A stretch of 63,224 nt of DNA, the filler included, from Collodictyon triciliatum (Eukaryota), in the NCBI GenBank assembly GCA_043381765.1. It is 50 parts of 50 records of this genome, joined end to end, with 100 filler letters (N's around TTAATTAATTAA, not from the genome) between each part and the next. Parts side by side here need not be neighbours in the genome. Positions count along the whole stretch, not along the records: positions 38,070 to 39,234 come from JBHJMP010012018.1; positions 39,335 to 40,499 come from JBHJMP010012019.1; positions 40,600 to 41,764 come from JBHJMP010012020.1; positions 41,865 to 43,029 come from JBHJMP010012021.1; positions 43,130 to 44,294 come from JBHJMP010012022.1; positions 44,395 to 45,558 come from JBHJMP010012023.1; positions 45,659 to 46,822 come from JBHJMP010012024.1; positions 46,923 to 48,086 come from JBHJMP010012025.1; 42 more parts are not named here. One strand, written 5' to 3'. The notes beneath the pieces were generated by a model that worked only from the letters and a program-made list of their open reading frames with translations, was not told where the DNA came from and did not search any database. Every line of letters starts with the position of its first letter. Positions within the stretch are counted from its first letter, which is position 1. A program made the translations under genes and the position numbers. This document shows positions 38,204 to 49,854 of the stretch, piece after piece.

Positions 38204-39234
38204 ATGAGCAACCCCCCAACTTTCAGTGCAGCATTTCAACCAGCAGACAGAATGCAACAGATTACAACTTACGTAGAAAACATGTACCAAGAGGGCAAAA
38301 TAGATGCTGAAGAAATCAAAGTCGACGCAGTAAGAAAATATGCATACGGAAAAAAAAAACCCGAGCCTAGTTTTAAATTTGCTATTATAAATAAGATTGC
38401 TTTGCTAAGATACGGATCTTACAAAAGAGCAAATGAAGAAGGTAAAAAAAAGGGCAACGACAACGACTACTTTTTAAATGCTTATGGAATATCAAAAGCC
38501 CAAGGGTTTGTTGAATTAATACCAGACAACCTTCATCAGGCTTTAATCAATGCATGGTTCGAGTCTAATGAGCCACTGCCTGCTAATTTGTCCGGAGGAG
38601 TTACACAACCCACGACAGTCCCATACGAACGAACAGGAAGTGAAGAGTCAGGGCGTCAAAGTGAAAAGTCGAGTGTGTCGGACTTTTTTCAACGACCTCA
38701 ACGTACTTATAGATCATCTAAACGTGAAGAAACAGCTCAATCACAAGATACTGTAATAGCCCCTTCAAGTCAAACACCTGCAGAAGTAATAGCCCCTTCA
38801 AGTCAAACACCTGCAGAAGTAATTGATGATGATGAACCAGCAGTATTTCAAGAAATAAACACTAGAAGATTTCAAGCGGACGAACAAACTTATCAACAAG
38901 TACAAGAAGTAGTAGAAGACGAGAACACAGTTTTATTAGACCCTGACCAGATCAGTGTTCGTTACGGTCTGCTTCGAAACTCCTTTTCGTCCGCCACCAA
39001 AGAGGTTTTCGTTTTAGGTTACTTACAGAAACGCAATAGGGGGGTTCCGGTCCCGACACACATCCACGCTCTCGCTAATCGCATTTTACTATTGCTGCGT
39101 GGACGAGGAGTTCTACAATACACAGACTTTCCAAAGTACGTACCCTCAGGAGACTATGATGATACAGAATGGGACGATGCTGAAGCAGTATTGAACGAGT
39201 ACCTTACAGCAGAAGTAACACAAATACTTTACAA
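38204..39234 (+). CDS. Intronless hypothetical protein (>340 aa) with a 33-bp internal duplication
   Basis: Long ORF running off the contig end; VIAPSSQTPAE repeated twice; no family recognised. Confidence 0.75.
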
Positions 39235-39492
39235 NNNNNNNNNNNNNNNNNNNNNNNNNNNNNNNNNNNNNNNNNNNNTTAATTAATTAANNNNNNNNNN
39301 NNNNNNNNNNNNNNNNNNNNNNNNNNNNNNNNNNGGGGTGGGTTTAAATTCTTTTCTACTGGAAAATTTATTATTGCTCTTTTTTTTTTTTTTTTTGATG
39401 CAATAAAGAATGGGATTTCAATGCTTACACGCTGCCTTCAATAATGATTGTTGTTATTATTCCTCTTCTTTTTTTTTTTCAATGAGAAAAAC

Positions 39493-40372
39493 CTGCTAAA
39501 AGGATAACTGGTGATTTCTTGGTGCCTGATTTATCTTCGTACTCAAAGTTAGAATTAACCAAAACAGGAAGGGAGCTATCGTTGATGATAATTATCTTGC
39601 GTGTATCTAAGAGTGATAAAGGTATGCATATCAAACTCAAAATCTTCTTAATTAACTAGATTTATTATTCTCATAAGTACATCTAAACATTATTCATCAT
39701 TATCATATTTTTTTTACTGTCCCTTTTAAATACATATACTGTTAAGAAATTTTTTGAAGGTATTTGAATTGTGATGAATAAAGATAGATGCAAAGTATTC
39801 TTACAGTTATGGTTGAAAGCCACTTCACCAAAATTAAGATCGCCCTCGTGCCTGATTTTAATTGAGCAACACATACCTCGTACAGGAATTTGGAATATTC
39901 GCCGGTCATCACCAACATGCAAAGTGCCTTAGTTGTAAATCAGCCGATATAATTATTATTAATTTTCACCTTTTTTTTTTTTTAAAAAAAACTGTACGTA
40001 AATATCTTGGAAATATAGAGACTAATAATAATTTTTTTTAAAAAAAAGTACGCGTTGATAGCAAATGTACACTTTTATTCAATGGGATTTAATATACATG
40101 AGAAAGGGCCAATCTGGTTGAGAAACAATTTAGCTAGCAGATGTTTGCTCTCTCCAGGCTGAAGGGAAATCTAATATAAAATATTTTAGATTTTACTTTA
40201 TCGTATTATTCGCATTTTTATCTGGTCTATGATGTAATATTGACTTATGAAAGCAATAAATATAAATAGTTGGTCTAAAAGACTCATACGTGTGAGATGC
40301 GGTGATACTCTCTTTTACTATAGGTAGAAAACTTGACGGGCTCTGATTTAGAGGCAGACGCTTCATCCCAGT
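39493..40372 (-). CDS. ASH (ASPM-SPD2-Hydin)/Ig-like domain protein, probably ciliary/flagellar; multi-exon, partial
   Basis: Spliced ISLQPGESKHLLAKLFLNQIGPFSCTLHVGDDRRIFQIPVRG..GDLNFGEVAFNHNYTRKIIIINDSSLPV matches the L.FG.V......+.+.N.S and L.PG.S motifs. Confidence 0.7.
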
Positions 40373-40639
40373 CTAAAACATTTCAGTAACTGATAAGCTA
40401 ATGAATTATTTTACAGATGGCTATAACTACAATTTACTTGATTGCTAAAAAAAAAATGTGTGTGTGTGCGTGTGTGTGCGTGTGTGTGTGTGTGTGTGTN
40501 NNNNNNNNNNNNNNNNNNNNNNNNNNNNNNNNNNNNNNNNNNNTTAATTAATTAANNNNNNNNNNNNNNNNNNNNNNNNNNNNNNNNNNNNNNNNNNNNA
40601 TGTAATCATGAATTTTTTAATTCAATAAAACGATGTTAC

Positions 40640-40902
40640 TTTTTTTCGGCATTTGCAAAGAACTCGTCTCTTTCTCTTTGCATGTCTCGAAACGTGGAGG
40701 ACATGAAGATTCTCAAGACTTTGTTATCATAGACAACAATCCATCTCCCTTCGTCATCAGAATAAACTGCGCCTGGAATTAAGCCTGTGCGAATTTTCTC
40801 ATCGAGTGGCGCGGGTTTTGGGGTTGGTTCCATCTGTTTCTGGTCTACAGATTCTTGCTGGTTGGTGGCGTCAGATTGTCTGCTTGGTGATGGCTCGGAC
40901 AT
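40640..40902 (-). CDS. DUF4062/DUF5920-type N-terminal domain protein (TEP1/NWD/TTC41-like), first exon
   Basis: MSEPSPSRQ..VLRIFMSSTFRDMQRERDEFF matches the R.F.SSTF.DM..ER signature. Confidence 0.85.
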
Positions 40903-41865
40903 CTTCCTGTTGATTAAATGCGAATAATATATAGGATTAAGAAATACCTCATTATATACTATTTTCATAAGCTATTCTCTTTTTTTTGGTCATCTCGGTT
41001 GATTCGATGCGATTAATCGACTCATTATATCTCCTCCTATTTTATATTTTCATGATTACTCCAGTATTATTTATTTTTGACAGAATTTCTCGGATGAATA
41101 TATTTGGTTGATATAACAGTGAGGGCTAAACCTCTACTTTTGATTACATTATGCTATTCTACTATATAATGATGAATCTTTAACTAAGCCCGTATTTGAA
41201 AGTAAAAAAAGGTAAAATAATGTGTGTATCATGAAAGATGAGGCCTTTTGAAACAAAGCATTTGCTTTTAGACTATGCATTATATTATATTTTAAAAAAT
41301 TATCTGAGAACAAAGAATTAGTATAGATCATTTAGACCAATTAGCCAAATCGTGCTTGAATGTTCCTGAAAAAATAATTATTTTCATTAAGTTAATCAAT
41401 CATTAATACAAAAATTCATCTCAAATAATCCAGCAGCCGGTGCGAAAACCTTCCATATTTACTTACCTTCATACTTAGCCTCCAAGGAATGACATCAACC
41501 TGTAAATGGGACAGTTTTTTTAGTGATAACCTTTCCGTAATTGCGAATTGTAAATAATTGGGAGTCATAATCTGAGCTGAAAGGAAACAAGCACATATTT
41601 TATGAATATTATGAATACTTACAAATGAAAATGTCGATTGCAATAACCAAGAGACTTGGTTCATCATAATTCGGTAGATTTTGGAAATGATTCGACAAAT
41701 CTGCACATTTGTTGCATCTATTCAGATTAAATCAATATGATATATAATATTTGCCTTGTATGAANNNNNNNNNNNNNNNNNNNNNNNNNNNNNNNNNNNN
41801 NNNNNNNNTTAATTAATTAANNNNNNNNNNNNNNNNNNNNNNNNNNNNNNNNNNNNNNNNNNNNT

Positions 41866-41961
<96 letters not shown>

Positions 41962-42037
41962 TATGTAACAGGGTAGACACACGCCAAAGTCGGCCAGTAT
42001 TCTTAATTGCCTAAATTTTTGTCTGTTCTACCTGTAG

Positions 42038-42947
42038 AAATTCAGAAGAAAGTCATCAGCGCACAACCTATGCTCAAAATTCTCCCACCAGAGGACAAAA
42101 TTCGAAAATGGGTTTTCTACATCGTAATGGTAAGACGTTTCATCAGTAAAGTATATCTGTCCCAAAAAAAAACGAAAATTGAAATATAATTGAAATCCCA
42201 AGTTTTTTTTTATTCTAACATGGTATCTCCTTAACCCAGAACAATCGCTTTGAGTTATTTACAGGATTCATGATTGTAATCAATATCGTCCTGAAGATGT
42301 TTGAACATCACAACCAACCAGAAAACTTTACCAATGCGATAAGTATGATAATAATATATTTAGTCGATGGAACATCCTTGTTTTCTTTTTTTTTTTTTTC
42401 AAAATCTTTACCTAATTTTTCCTATTCGGCATCATTATTCTAATATTTGTCATGCCATGTACCCTAACTAATCAAAATTTACTCGTAAATGTGCGCCTTA
42501 GAACACTTGGATTACTTTTTCAACACATTCTTCTTGTGCGAATGTCTAATGCGAATAACAGCGGTTGGAATGTATGTATATTCACTTTATCTGGATAAAG
42601 ACGAATAGGCCGTGTACCATAGCCACCAAAACTTTTTAAATCGCAGGAAAGTATATCTGCAAGACGGCTGGAACATAATAGACGTTGTTATTGTCTTTGT
42701 TTCTTTCGTGTGTATGTATTGTCCGATTTATTAAAATATCTGAAAGTGAAAATCGAGACGAATATCTCTAATTTGCATCTTGATGAACTCGCCTGTGATG
42801 TCATATTTGCTCAACTTGCATGAATACACTAGGCCAATTCTTGAATTTTACTGTGGGTGTCATCTTGGCCCGCATATTCCGAGTTGCAAGACTGTTCCGC
42901 CTCGTCAGAAGAGCAAGAGGACTGAAAATCCTTTTCACCACACTCAT
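42038..42947 (+). CDS. Four-domain voltage-gated Ca2+/Na+ channel alpha subunit: III-IV linker and repeat S1-S4, five exons
   Basis: RFELFTGFMIVINIVLKMFEHHNQP, LDYFFNTFFLCECLMRITAVG, YLQDGWNIIDVVIV, and S4 LARIFRVARLFRLVRRARGLKILFTTL. Confidence 0.92.
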
Positions 42948-43129
42948 GTAACTTTGCTTTATCATCTAGGCATCGCACGGGTTCTTCAGTTGGTTTTTTT
43001 TTTTTTTTATACATTTCTCAATTAAATAANNNNNNNNNNNNNNNNNNNNNNNNNNNNNNNNNNNNNNNNNNNNTTAATTAATTAANNNNNNNNNNNNNNN
43101 NNNNNNNNNNNNNNNNNNNNNNNNNNNNN

Positions 43130-44294
43130 CGAGCAATATACATGGGTGTTACAGCATGCTGGTAGTTTGCTTTGTTAGGGGTGCCCTCGAATGTTGGGAA
43201 TTTCGGTGTGAAGCTGACGCTGCTCTGGGGTGTTCCTGATGCAGTCCCTGCCTCTTGGGACGCAGGTGAGAGATGGAACGAGTCGTTGCTGGAGTTTGCT
43301 TCTTTAGGGCTATTCGATTTTTGCACATGCTTTGCTGGGGTCACGTCGGGGCTCCTATGGAGCATGAAGTTGGTTATGTTTGGTTGTCTAGTCGACTTGG
43401 ATTGAGGCGCTGGTGAAGGTCTTTCTGCTCTCGGTGGTTTAGATTGGGGTTTGGAGCTCAGGTTTACTGTTGGTGTATTTGGTTTAGTCGTCTTCCTCTC
43501 AGGGGTTCTTCCAGACGAAGAAGCCGTGCCTTGGTATGTTTGTTCGGTTGATTTCAGGGTGATGCTCACTCCCAAAGTCTCATTTGCTTTCTTTGGGAGT
43601 TCCTTGCGAGAGGAGCTTCTTGGTTGGGTGGCGGTAATGAGCTGAGGTGGTTCATCATCCTCGTCTTCCATGGCTTCGGGTGATTGTGTCCGGGAGGGTT
43701 GGGCCCGTCTTTCAGTCCTGGACTGCGTGGGTTGCGAGGGTTTGCGGTTGGGTTTACCGTGGTATTTGCCCTGGTGCTTGTTATGTTTGGTATCGTGTTC
43801 GGGCTTCTTCTTCCGTTCAGGGAGGAGTATGAAGGGGACGAGGAATCCTTGCAAGCTTATTTTCTTTTTTGGCACTTTGGACAGTTCTGATGCCGGGAAC
43901 TTGACCAGCGCGTCATTGGTTCAGATACCGTCCACAGATTCGTAGTAAACTATGGTAGGCGAAAATAATGCTTTGCAGACCTCTTCAATGCCTGCCTTGG
44001 TGAAGCCTGGGGGATATCGCCGATGATAGCGGAGTGGAGAGGTGGCCTCTCTTGGTATGGGCGGAAAAAGCGGTTGAGTAGTTTAAACTGTCCTGCTTTG
44101 GCAAACTCTGCGGCGTTTTGTTGGTGCGGGAAGGCTACTGTGTATCCTTGGGGTTGATCGTACAGTTGCATGATGACGTTCTCCTCGTAGCACTCGAGTT
44201 ATTTAAGGACTTGGGCGAGTTCTTTCATCGCTTGGTTGCGGGCTTCGTGGTTCTGGGGCAGTTTGTGCTTACCTCGAAGGCGGACGTAGCAGCC
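43130..44294 (-). mobile_element. LINE ORF1 (subfamily alpha), degenerate copy with stops/frameshift and a long S/T/P/K-rich tail
   Basis: 43790-44294 aligns with 9364-9877. Confidence 0.82.
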
Positions 44295-44394
44295 NNNNNN
44301 NNNNNNNNNNNNNNNNNNNNNNNNNNNNNNNNNNNNNNTTAATTAATTAANNNNNNNNNNNNNNNNNNNNNNNNNNNNNNNNNNNNNNNNNNNN

Positions 44395-44742
44395 TCGGTT
44401 ATACTCCTCTATGGAGCCGGTTTGTGAGAGTTTGTCTAACTTTAGTCGAAGTAAGCGCTGACTCGTCGCTCCTCTAAACTGTCGGGTTATCGCTTCTCTG
44501 AAGTCCTTCAAGCTGTTAAGCGCTTGCACTTGTCATTTCTCCTCGTCCGCCCGGTAGCGTAGCCACCATTCTGCTGCGGATCCATCCAGCATTAAACTTA
44601 CGAACATTAATTCCTGCTTCTGGGGTACCTGGCGTATTTGGAAGAATGTCTCCACCTTGTATAACCATGTCCTCACGTTCTGCCCTGGTGCCCCGGAGAA
44701 CATATCCGGCGGTCGAATGGCTCCCTCTGTGATGGACTGCAT
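44395..44742 (-). mobile_element. Ty3/Gypsy-like retrotransposon gag (one in-frame TGA at 44533-44535)
   Basis: PDMFSGAPGQNVRTWLYKVETFF..LMLDGSAAEWW..DFREAITRQF..LDKLSQTGSIEEY is a Retrotrans_gag pattern. Confidence 0.9.
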
Positions 44743-44805
44743 GGTCTATACTCTCGTGCTAGGTTTGGCGTGTTTCTGTTCTTCGGTCTTCCTTAGGAAG
44801 GTCAC

Positions 44806-44820
44806 TTCGCTTTGCTACCA
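44806..44820 (-). promoter_or_regulatory. Primer-binding site, initiator-tRNA-Met-like (TGGTAGCAAAGCGAA)
   Basis: Begins TGG, 3 nt after the LTR end ...CCTTACA; resembles the TGGTA(T/G)CAGAG iMet PBS. Confidence 0.78.
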
Positions 44821-44823
44821 AAA

Positions 44824-45067
44824 TGTAAGGGGATGTCCTTTTATTCTGTTATAAGCTTGTTTTATGATTCCCAACCTATTAACGAGTCGACGGACTCGTT
44901 AAATATCCCCTGGACAAAGGGTTCAGGGGAGGTTTCTGAGAACGCTCCTGGAGCGTCCCTCGGTGGTTCTTTGGACTGATTCTAAGAACATACTTGGAGA
45001 AATCCAAGATGGGTCTTAGCATCAGATCAGAGATTCCAAGGACGCACTTGGGTGTCCAGTTGTTGCA
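44824..45067 (-). mobile_element. Probable 5' LTR (~244 bp, TG...CA)
   Basis: Minus strand starts TGCAACA and ends CTTACA next to the PBS; LINE homology begins immediately outside it. Confidence 0.7.
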
Positions 45068-45068
45068 C

Positions 45069-45558
45069 TAAGCCACCTACGGAGGGAGGGCTGGGACTCA
45101 TAACGCCTGGCATTGCATAGTCATCGCTCACTATGGACGGTGGACCGATATCCTTATCCACCCGAAAGGATTTTGGCAGCGTGGAATGTGTCATCTTATT
45201 CACCGCATATGTCCGAACTTCAAAGCACGTCTCTGTGAGAGTATAATGCCATCACCTCTGCCAAACACTCCCGAGTCGCTACTAGCGCGGTTGAAGATTC
45301 TGTATGAAAACTGTGAAATGTGCGAGTTTACTCAACTACACGCTGTTACGGGGCAAATTTGCTGGGATAGAGCAAAAGGCTTCTCTATTAACAAGTCGAG
45401 AGAAGGAAACAGCTCATTCATTCTGCAACATGTCGCTTTCCAAAAGGATAGGAGCTTTTCATCGTCGAAAAATGCAGCGATATTTCACTCCTCGAATGCA
45501 ACAGCCAACCACAGTCGTCCTGAACAACAAAGGAGAATGGCGCTCACGCCGCCTGACC
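45069..45558 (+). mobile_element. LINE ORF2 post-RT fragment, degenerate
   Basis: KPPTEGGLGLITPGIA*SSLTM..HPKGFW..GQICWDRAKGF..VVLNNKGEWRSRR, homologous to 6955-7440. Confidence 0.85.
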
Positions 45559-45658
45559 NNNNNNNNNNNNNNNNNNNNNNNNNNNNNNNNNNNNNNNNNN
45601 NNTTAATTAATTAANNNNNNNNNNNNNNNNNNNNNNNNNNNNNNNNNNNNNNNNNNNN

Positions 45659-45749
<91 letters not shown>

Positions 45750-46937
45750 AAAAAACAAAAAATTGAAGTCAATATAAGAATGAAATGAAAATGATTTTTG
45801 TCGCACGAACTTACCAAAGCTGTTGTATGACTCCAATACCCGACTCAAACCTTTTCGTCTCTAAAATTTTTGTCCTCACTGCCTGCTAGACGAGAGTTTT
45901 GATCTTAACCAAACCCAACCCAACCCAACCCCTCCTCTAAAGGCTGGGCAGCCTATACTTTTTTTTCTTTTGGTGTACCTCACCCTTTTTCTTTTCTTTT
46001 CTTTCCTTTTCTTTCCTTTATGAAATCTTCTGTTCTGTTTCAGACGAAAATACCAATATTTTATTGCGAAAAAGCGATAGAAAAAAAAAAAAAGATAAGG
46101 ATTTGATTGGACGCCTTCCCCAGAAAACGCGACTTGTTTAGCACGCACTAGCCAGCCAAAGCCTGTTCCTCCCTCCGCGCGACTCGTGATCGAAATTCTA
46201 GAAACTGTCGCACTAGCCACATATTGGTTGGTAGAGTTGCTGTGCTTTAAAGGGGCCAGGCCAAACGAAACGAAACGAGACAGAATGAAAAAGAGAAAAA
46301 AAAAAAAAAGAGAAAGAAAAAGAGAATAAAACGTAAAGGAAAGGAAGAGGTGCTAGAAAAGCTAATACCTTTTTGTACAACGCACTTTTGTCCTATGAAA
46401 ACATCAAAAATATGTAAGTCCTGACCCTTATATTTATTTATTCTCTTTTCCAGTACGCAAACTAAGAGAAAGACCCGCCCATGGAAGTCGACACTCCACA
46501 AACCCTTGGTCAAGAGGCACTGGAGAGCGTGCGCCAGTGGATGGAAACATCGGAGTCGAACCTCCAAGAGGTACGCCATGGCTATGTGCTCTTCTAGGTC
46601 ACGCCCCTTTTTCACCTTTGACTATTTTCCTATGGAATTATTTTACAACCAAAAAAGAAAAAAAAAGAAAAAAAAAGAAAAAAAAAGAAAAAAAGAAAAA
46701 AAAAGAAAAAAAGTAAAAAAAGGAATAAGAAAAGAAAAAGAAAAGAAAAAGAAAAGAAAAAGAAAAGAAAAAGAAAAGAAAAAGAAAAGAAAAAGAAAAG
46801 AAAAAGAAAAGAAGAAAAAAGANNNNNNNNNNNNNNNNNNNNNNNNNNNNNNNNNNNNNNNNNNNNTTAATTAATTAANNNNNNNNNNNNNNNNNNNNNN
46901 NNNNNNNNNNNNNNNNNNNNNNTTTATTGTGCCATAG

Positions 46938-47266
46938 AACGTTATGGTCGCTATTGAAATGGTTCCCTTCGCGCTCTTGTTCTCTTATTGTTTCAGCTAC
47001 AATGATGCTCCTATTGGTAACTACCCCGCAAGCCATGCTCCTTTTACGGAGAAGCTCATCAAGGTATAAACTTTTATGTGATATTCATCAATTTCTTTGA
47101 CGCCAAAATTTTGTTTCTTCGGGCCCAGTTGATTTGTTTTGAGCATAATTGGTAGTATTCACTATACCTTGAACTGTAGTGCCTGTCGTTTTATGACTTT
47201 ATCATGAATCCTATGGAACCCAAAGAATCTCTTCTGGACACCCCCAGAGCCGAGGAACGCCTATAA
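46938..47266 (+). CDS. TMEM184/organic solute transporter alpha-like protein, last exons
   Basis: NVMVAIEMVPFALLFSYCFSYND resembles the QN.L+..EM...A....Y.F.Y motif; last exon ends ..RAEERL*. Confidence 0.65.
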
Positions 47267-49450
47267 ACTGGCTAATAAGTATTCCGTCTCAAGAAACTTG
47301 TGATTGGTTTAGAGAGGACCTGAAAGACGGCACGCTATCGCTTTGTTGAGCTCTCAACCTTGCCGCTATCTCCCTCTCTTTCTCTTTGCACCCCAAACAC
47401 CCCCACAAAATAAACCGACAACTTGAGAACTTTCTCGTGACAGTTCTGGTATGACGCCACGGATAAAGATTATATGTCGATTTACATTTATGGAAAATAC
47501 AATATGATTGATTTTTTATCGATGATAAGGAATTAATTATGACGAGAGCAATATTTTCATTAATAATTCTATGATATTAGGTACCTGAAGGAGTAAATGA
47601 CAATGTGAATAAGTCGCCCATTTCAAATTTGCTTGAGAAGTAGGATACTTATGACTGTTTCCAGAGAAAGCCATAAACAATTCCAGAAAGGTGTTCCGTT
47701 CCAGTAAAGATAAAATTACTAGTATATAGCAATAGATAGCCACAAGTAACCTTCTGGCTACGCACACGACTCTTGAATCGCACGCGCACAGATCGCGGTC
47801 ACTCATGCGCATGGATCGCACACCTTTGCCACACGAAGGCGGAAAAACCCTCCGCAAAGCAGATCACAAGCGACTCGACGGGCAGAAGCGGACGGCTGGA
47901 ATTCAGGGCACGCGCCGAGATATGTTTGTTCGTAGGGGCTCCATGGTATTATAACTAATTGACAAAATACAGTCCACAGCAGTCCTTGCATGAAAGAAGA
48001 AAATAGCAACAAAAAGAAACAAAAAAGAAACAAAAAAAGAAACAAAAAAAGAAACAAAAAAAGAAACAAAAAAAGAAACAAAAAAGNNNNNNNNNNNNNN
48101 NNNNNNNNNNNNNNNNNNNNNNNNNNNNNNTTAATTAATTAANNNNNNNNNNNNNNNNNNNNNNNNNNNNNNNNNNNNNNNNNNNNAAAAAATAAACAAT
48201 AATAAACAATAAAAAACAATAAAAAACAATAAAAACAATAAAAAAAATAAAAACAATAAAAACAATAAAAACAATAAAAACAATTAAAATTAAAAAGAAT
48301 TAAAGAGAATTAAAAATAAAAAGGAACTAAAAGTTAACTGTTAAACTAGTCAAGAAAAGTATCTTTGCTTGCTCCAACACACAGGAGAGGCTTTTGCGAA
48401 GCAGCCAGTCCAATGGGAAAACACCGGCAGCATGAATGCGTGCGATCACCAGTCCTTCGGAGGCCTACCCCAGAACGGGCGCTCTTGTCACCGGTGAAAA
48501 AATTCGGCTGTGGGTTAATGTAGACAAATAATATTTGTGGAATATATAATATATCAATAATTTACCCCATTCTCTTTGTATTAAATGAGTCCATTAATAT
48601 ACAGTATCATATATATCTTTTTTATGCGTATTATATAAATTCAGTAGCCTTGCGGATTCGATGCTTAATGTGGAAAAAACTAACCTTGGAAATTTCGTCT
48701 CACGGCAACAAACAAAAAAACCTTCCAGCTTAATGCAACATACATATTCTGATTGGGAACAAGGACGGGACAGTTTATATTATAATTCTTTGAACATTCC
48801 TGGGAATCAGACGTACACGTTTCAAGCAGATATTCCCAGTGTTTGCTGCCTGGTCAAGGAAAAATCAGGCGCCACCCCTTCAAGGCTCAAGGGCTACGAA
48901 TCTGCTACTTCTTTCTCACCTGCCAACAAGGACAGAGTAAAAACCAGCAGCGATAGGCTTGTGGATACACGGTTGACTTTCGCTGGAGATGCCTTTTTGC
49001 TCGGTGGGTGATCAAAGTCGCAAGCTTACGCCAGCCAGAACAAATCCCAGCCCCCGTTATTTATAGTTTTTTTTTTGATCTCTTTATCCCTCTTTTTTTT
49101 TTCTTTTCTGTTCTTTCTGTTTAACTTTCTCTGTTCTCTTTTGACTCGACTTTTTTTTTTAATAGAAGAAAGGTTTCTTTCCCTCTTGCCTATTCTTTTA
49201 CAAGATCTATTGCTAAGTTCTCTAATATTGGAGCTGCCAAGTTAGAAGACATGAACAAAAACAAAAACAAAAACAAAAACAAAAACAAAAACAAAAACAA
49301 AAACAAAAACAAAAACAAAAACAAAAACAAAAACAAAAACAAAAACAAAANNNNNNNNNNNNNNNNNNNNNNNNNNNNNNNNNNNNNNNNNNNNTTAATT
49401 AATTAANNNNNNNNNNNNNNNNNNNNNNNNNNNNNNNNNNNNNNNNNNNN

Positions 49451-49854
49451 TATGGGCAGTGACGCGAGGCCATTTGCTATGGACTATGTGGATAGCGCGC
49501 ATATACTCACGCAAAGCAAGACTCAACAACCAACCACCCATTCCTGATAATAGACTGGATGACATCATACAAATCTCTTTTCTCAATAGCTTCCTTCGCC
49601 ACCTGCTCGTTCTCTACTACCCAGACCCCGTGAGAAGAGGGATGTGGAAAGAAGCAGAGAAAGATATTAAACATCGCCTTGTATCTCTCATGCAGGCACA
49701 AGACCCAGGCTACAGGCCAAACCGCAGGATGCAATTCCTGATTACCGACTACTTCTCTGCCACCCGGCCAACAAGTAGCGTCCATGCAAACGATGGCGAG
49801 CGAACCAAAGTCAGTATTTCCATCATCCTGCACAAAATTGAAAGGAAGAATAAA
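49451..49854 (+). mobile_element. LINE ORF2 C-terminal region
   Basis: HLLWTMWIARIYSR resembles the W.IW..RN motif; near-identical copy at 55243-55660 minus. Confidence 0.72.

Noticed and set aside
40040-40092. Apparent in-frame TAA in the ASH-domain gene (possible TAA=Gln code)
   Set aside because: A GT donor upstream of the TAA splices in phase to the next exon (FSC|TLHVG), so the TAA is intronic
44533-44535. In-frame TGA in gag, and TGA at Trp-aligned positions in repeat copies (~43921, ~440), suggesting UGA reassignment
   Set aside because: They occur only in decaying repeats that also carry TAA/TAG stops and frameshifts; intact host exons use TGG for Trp and have no in-frame stops
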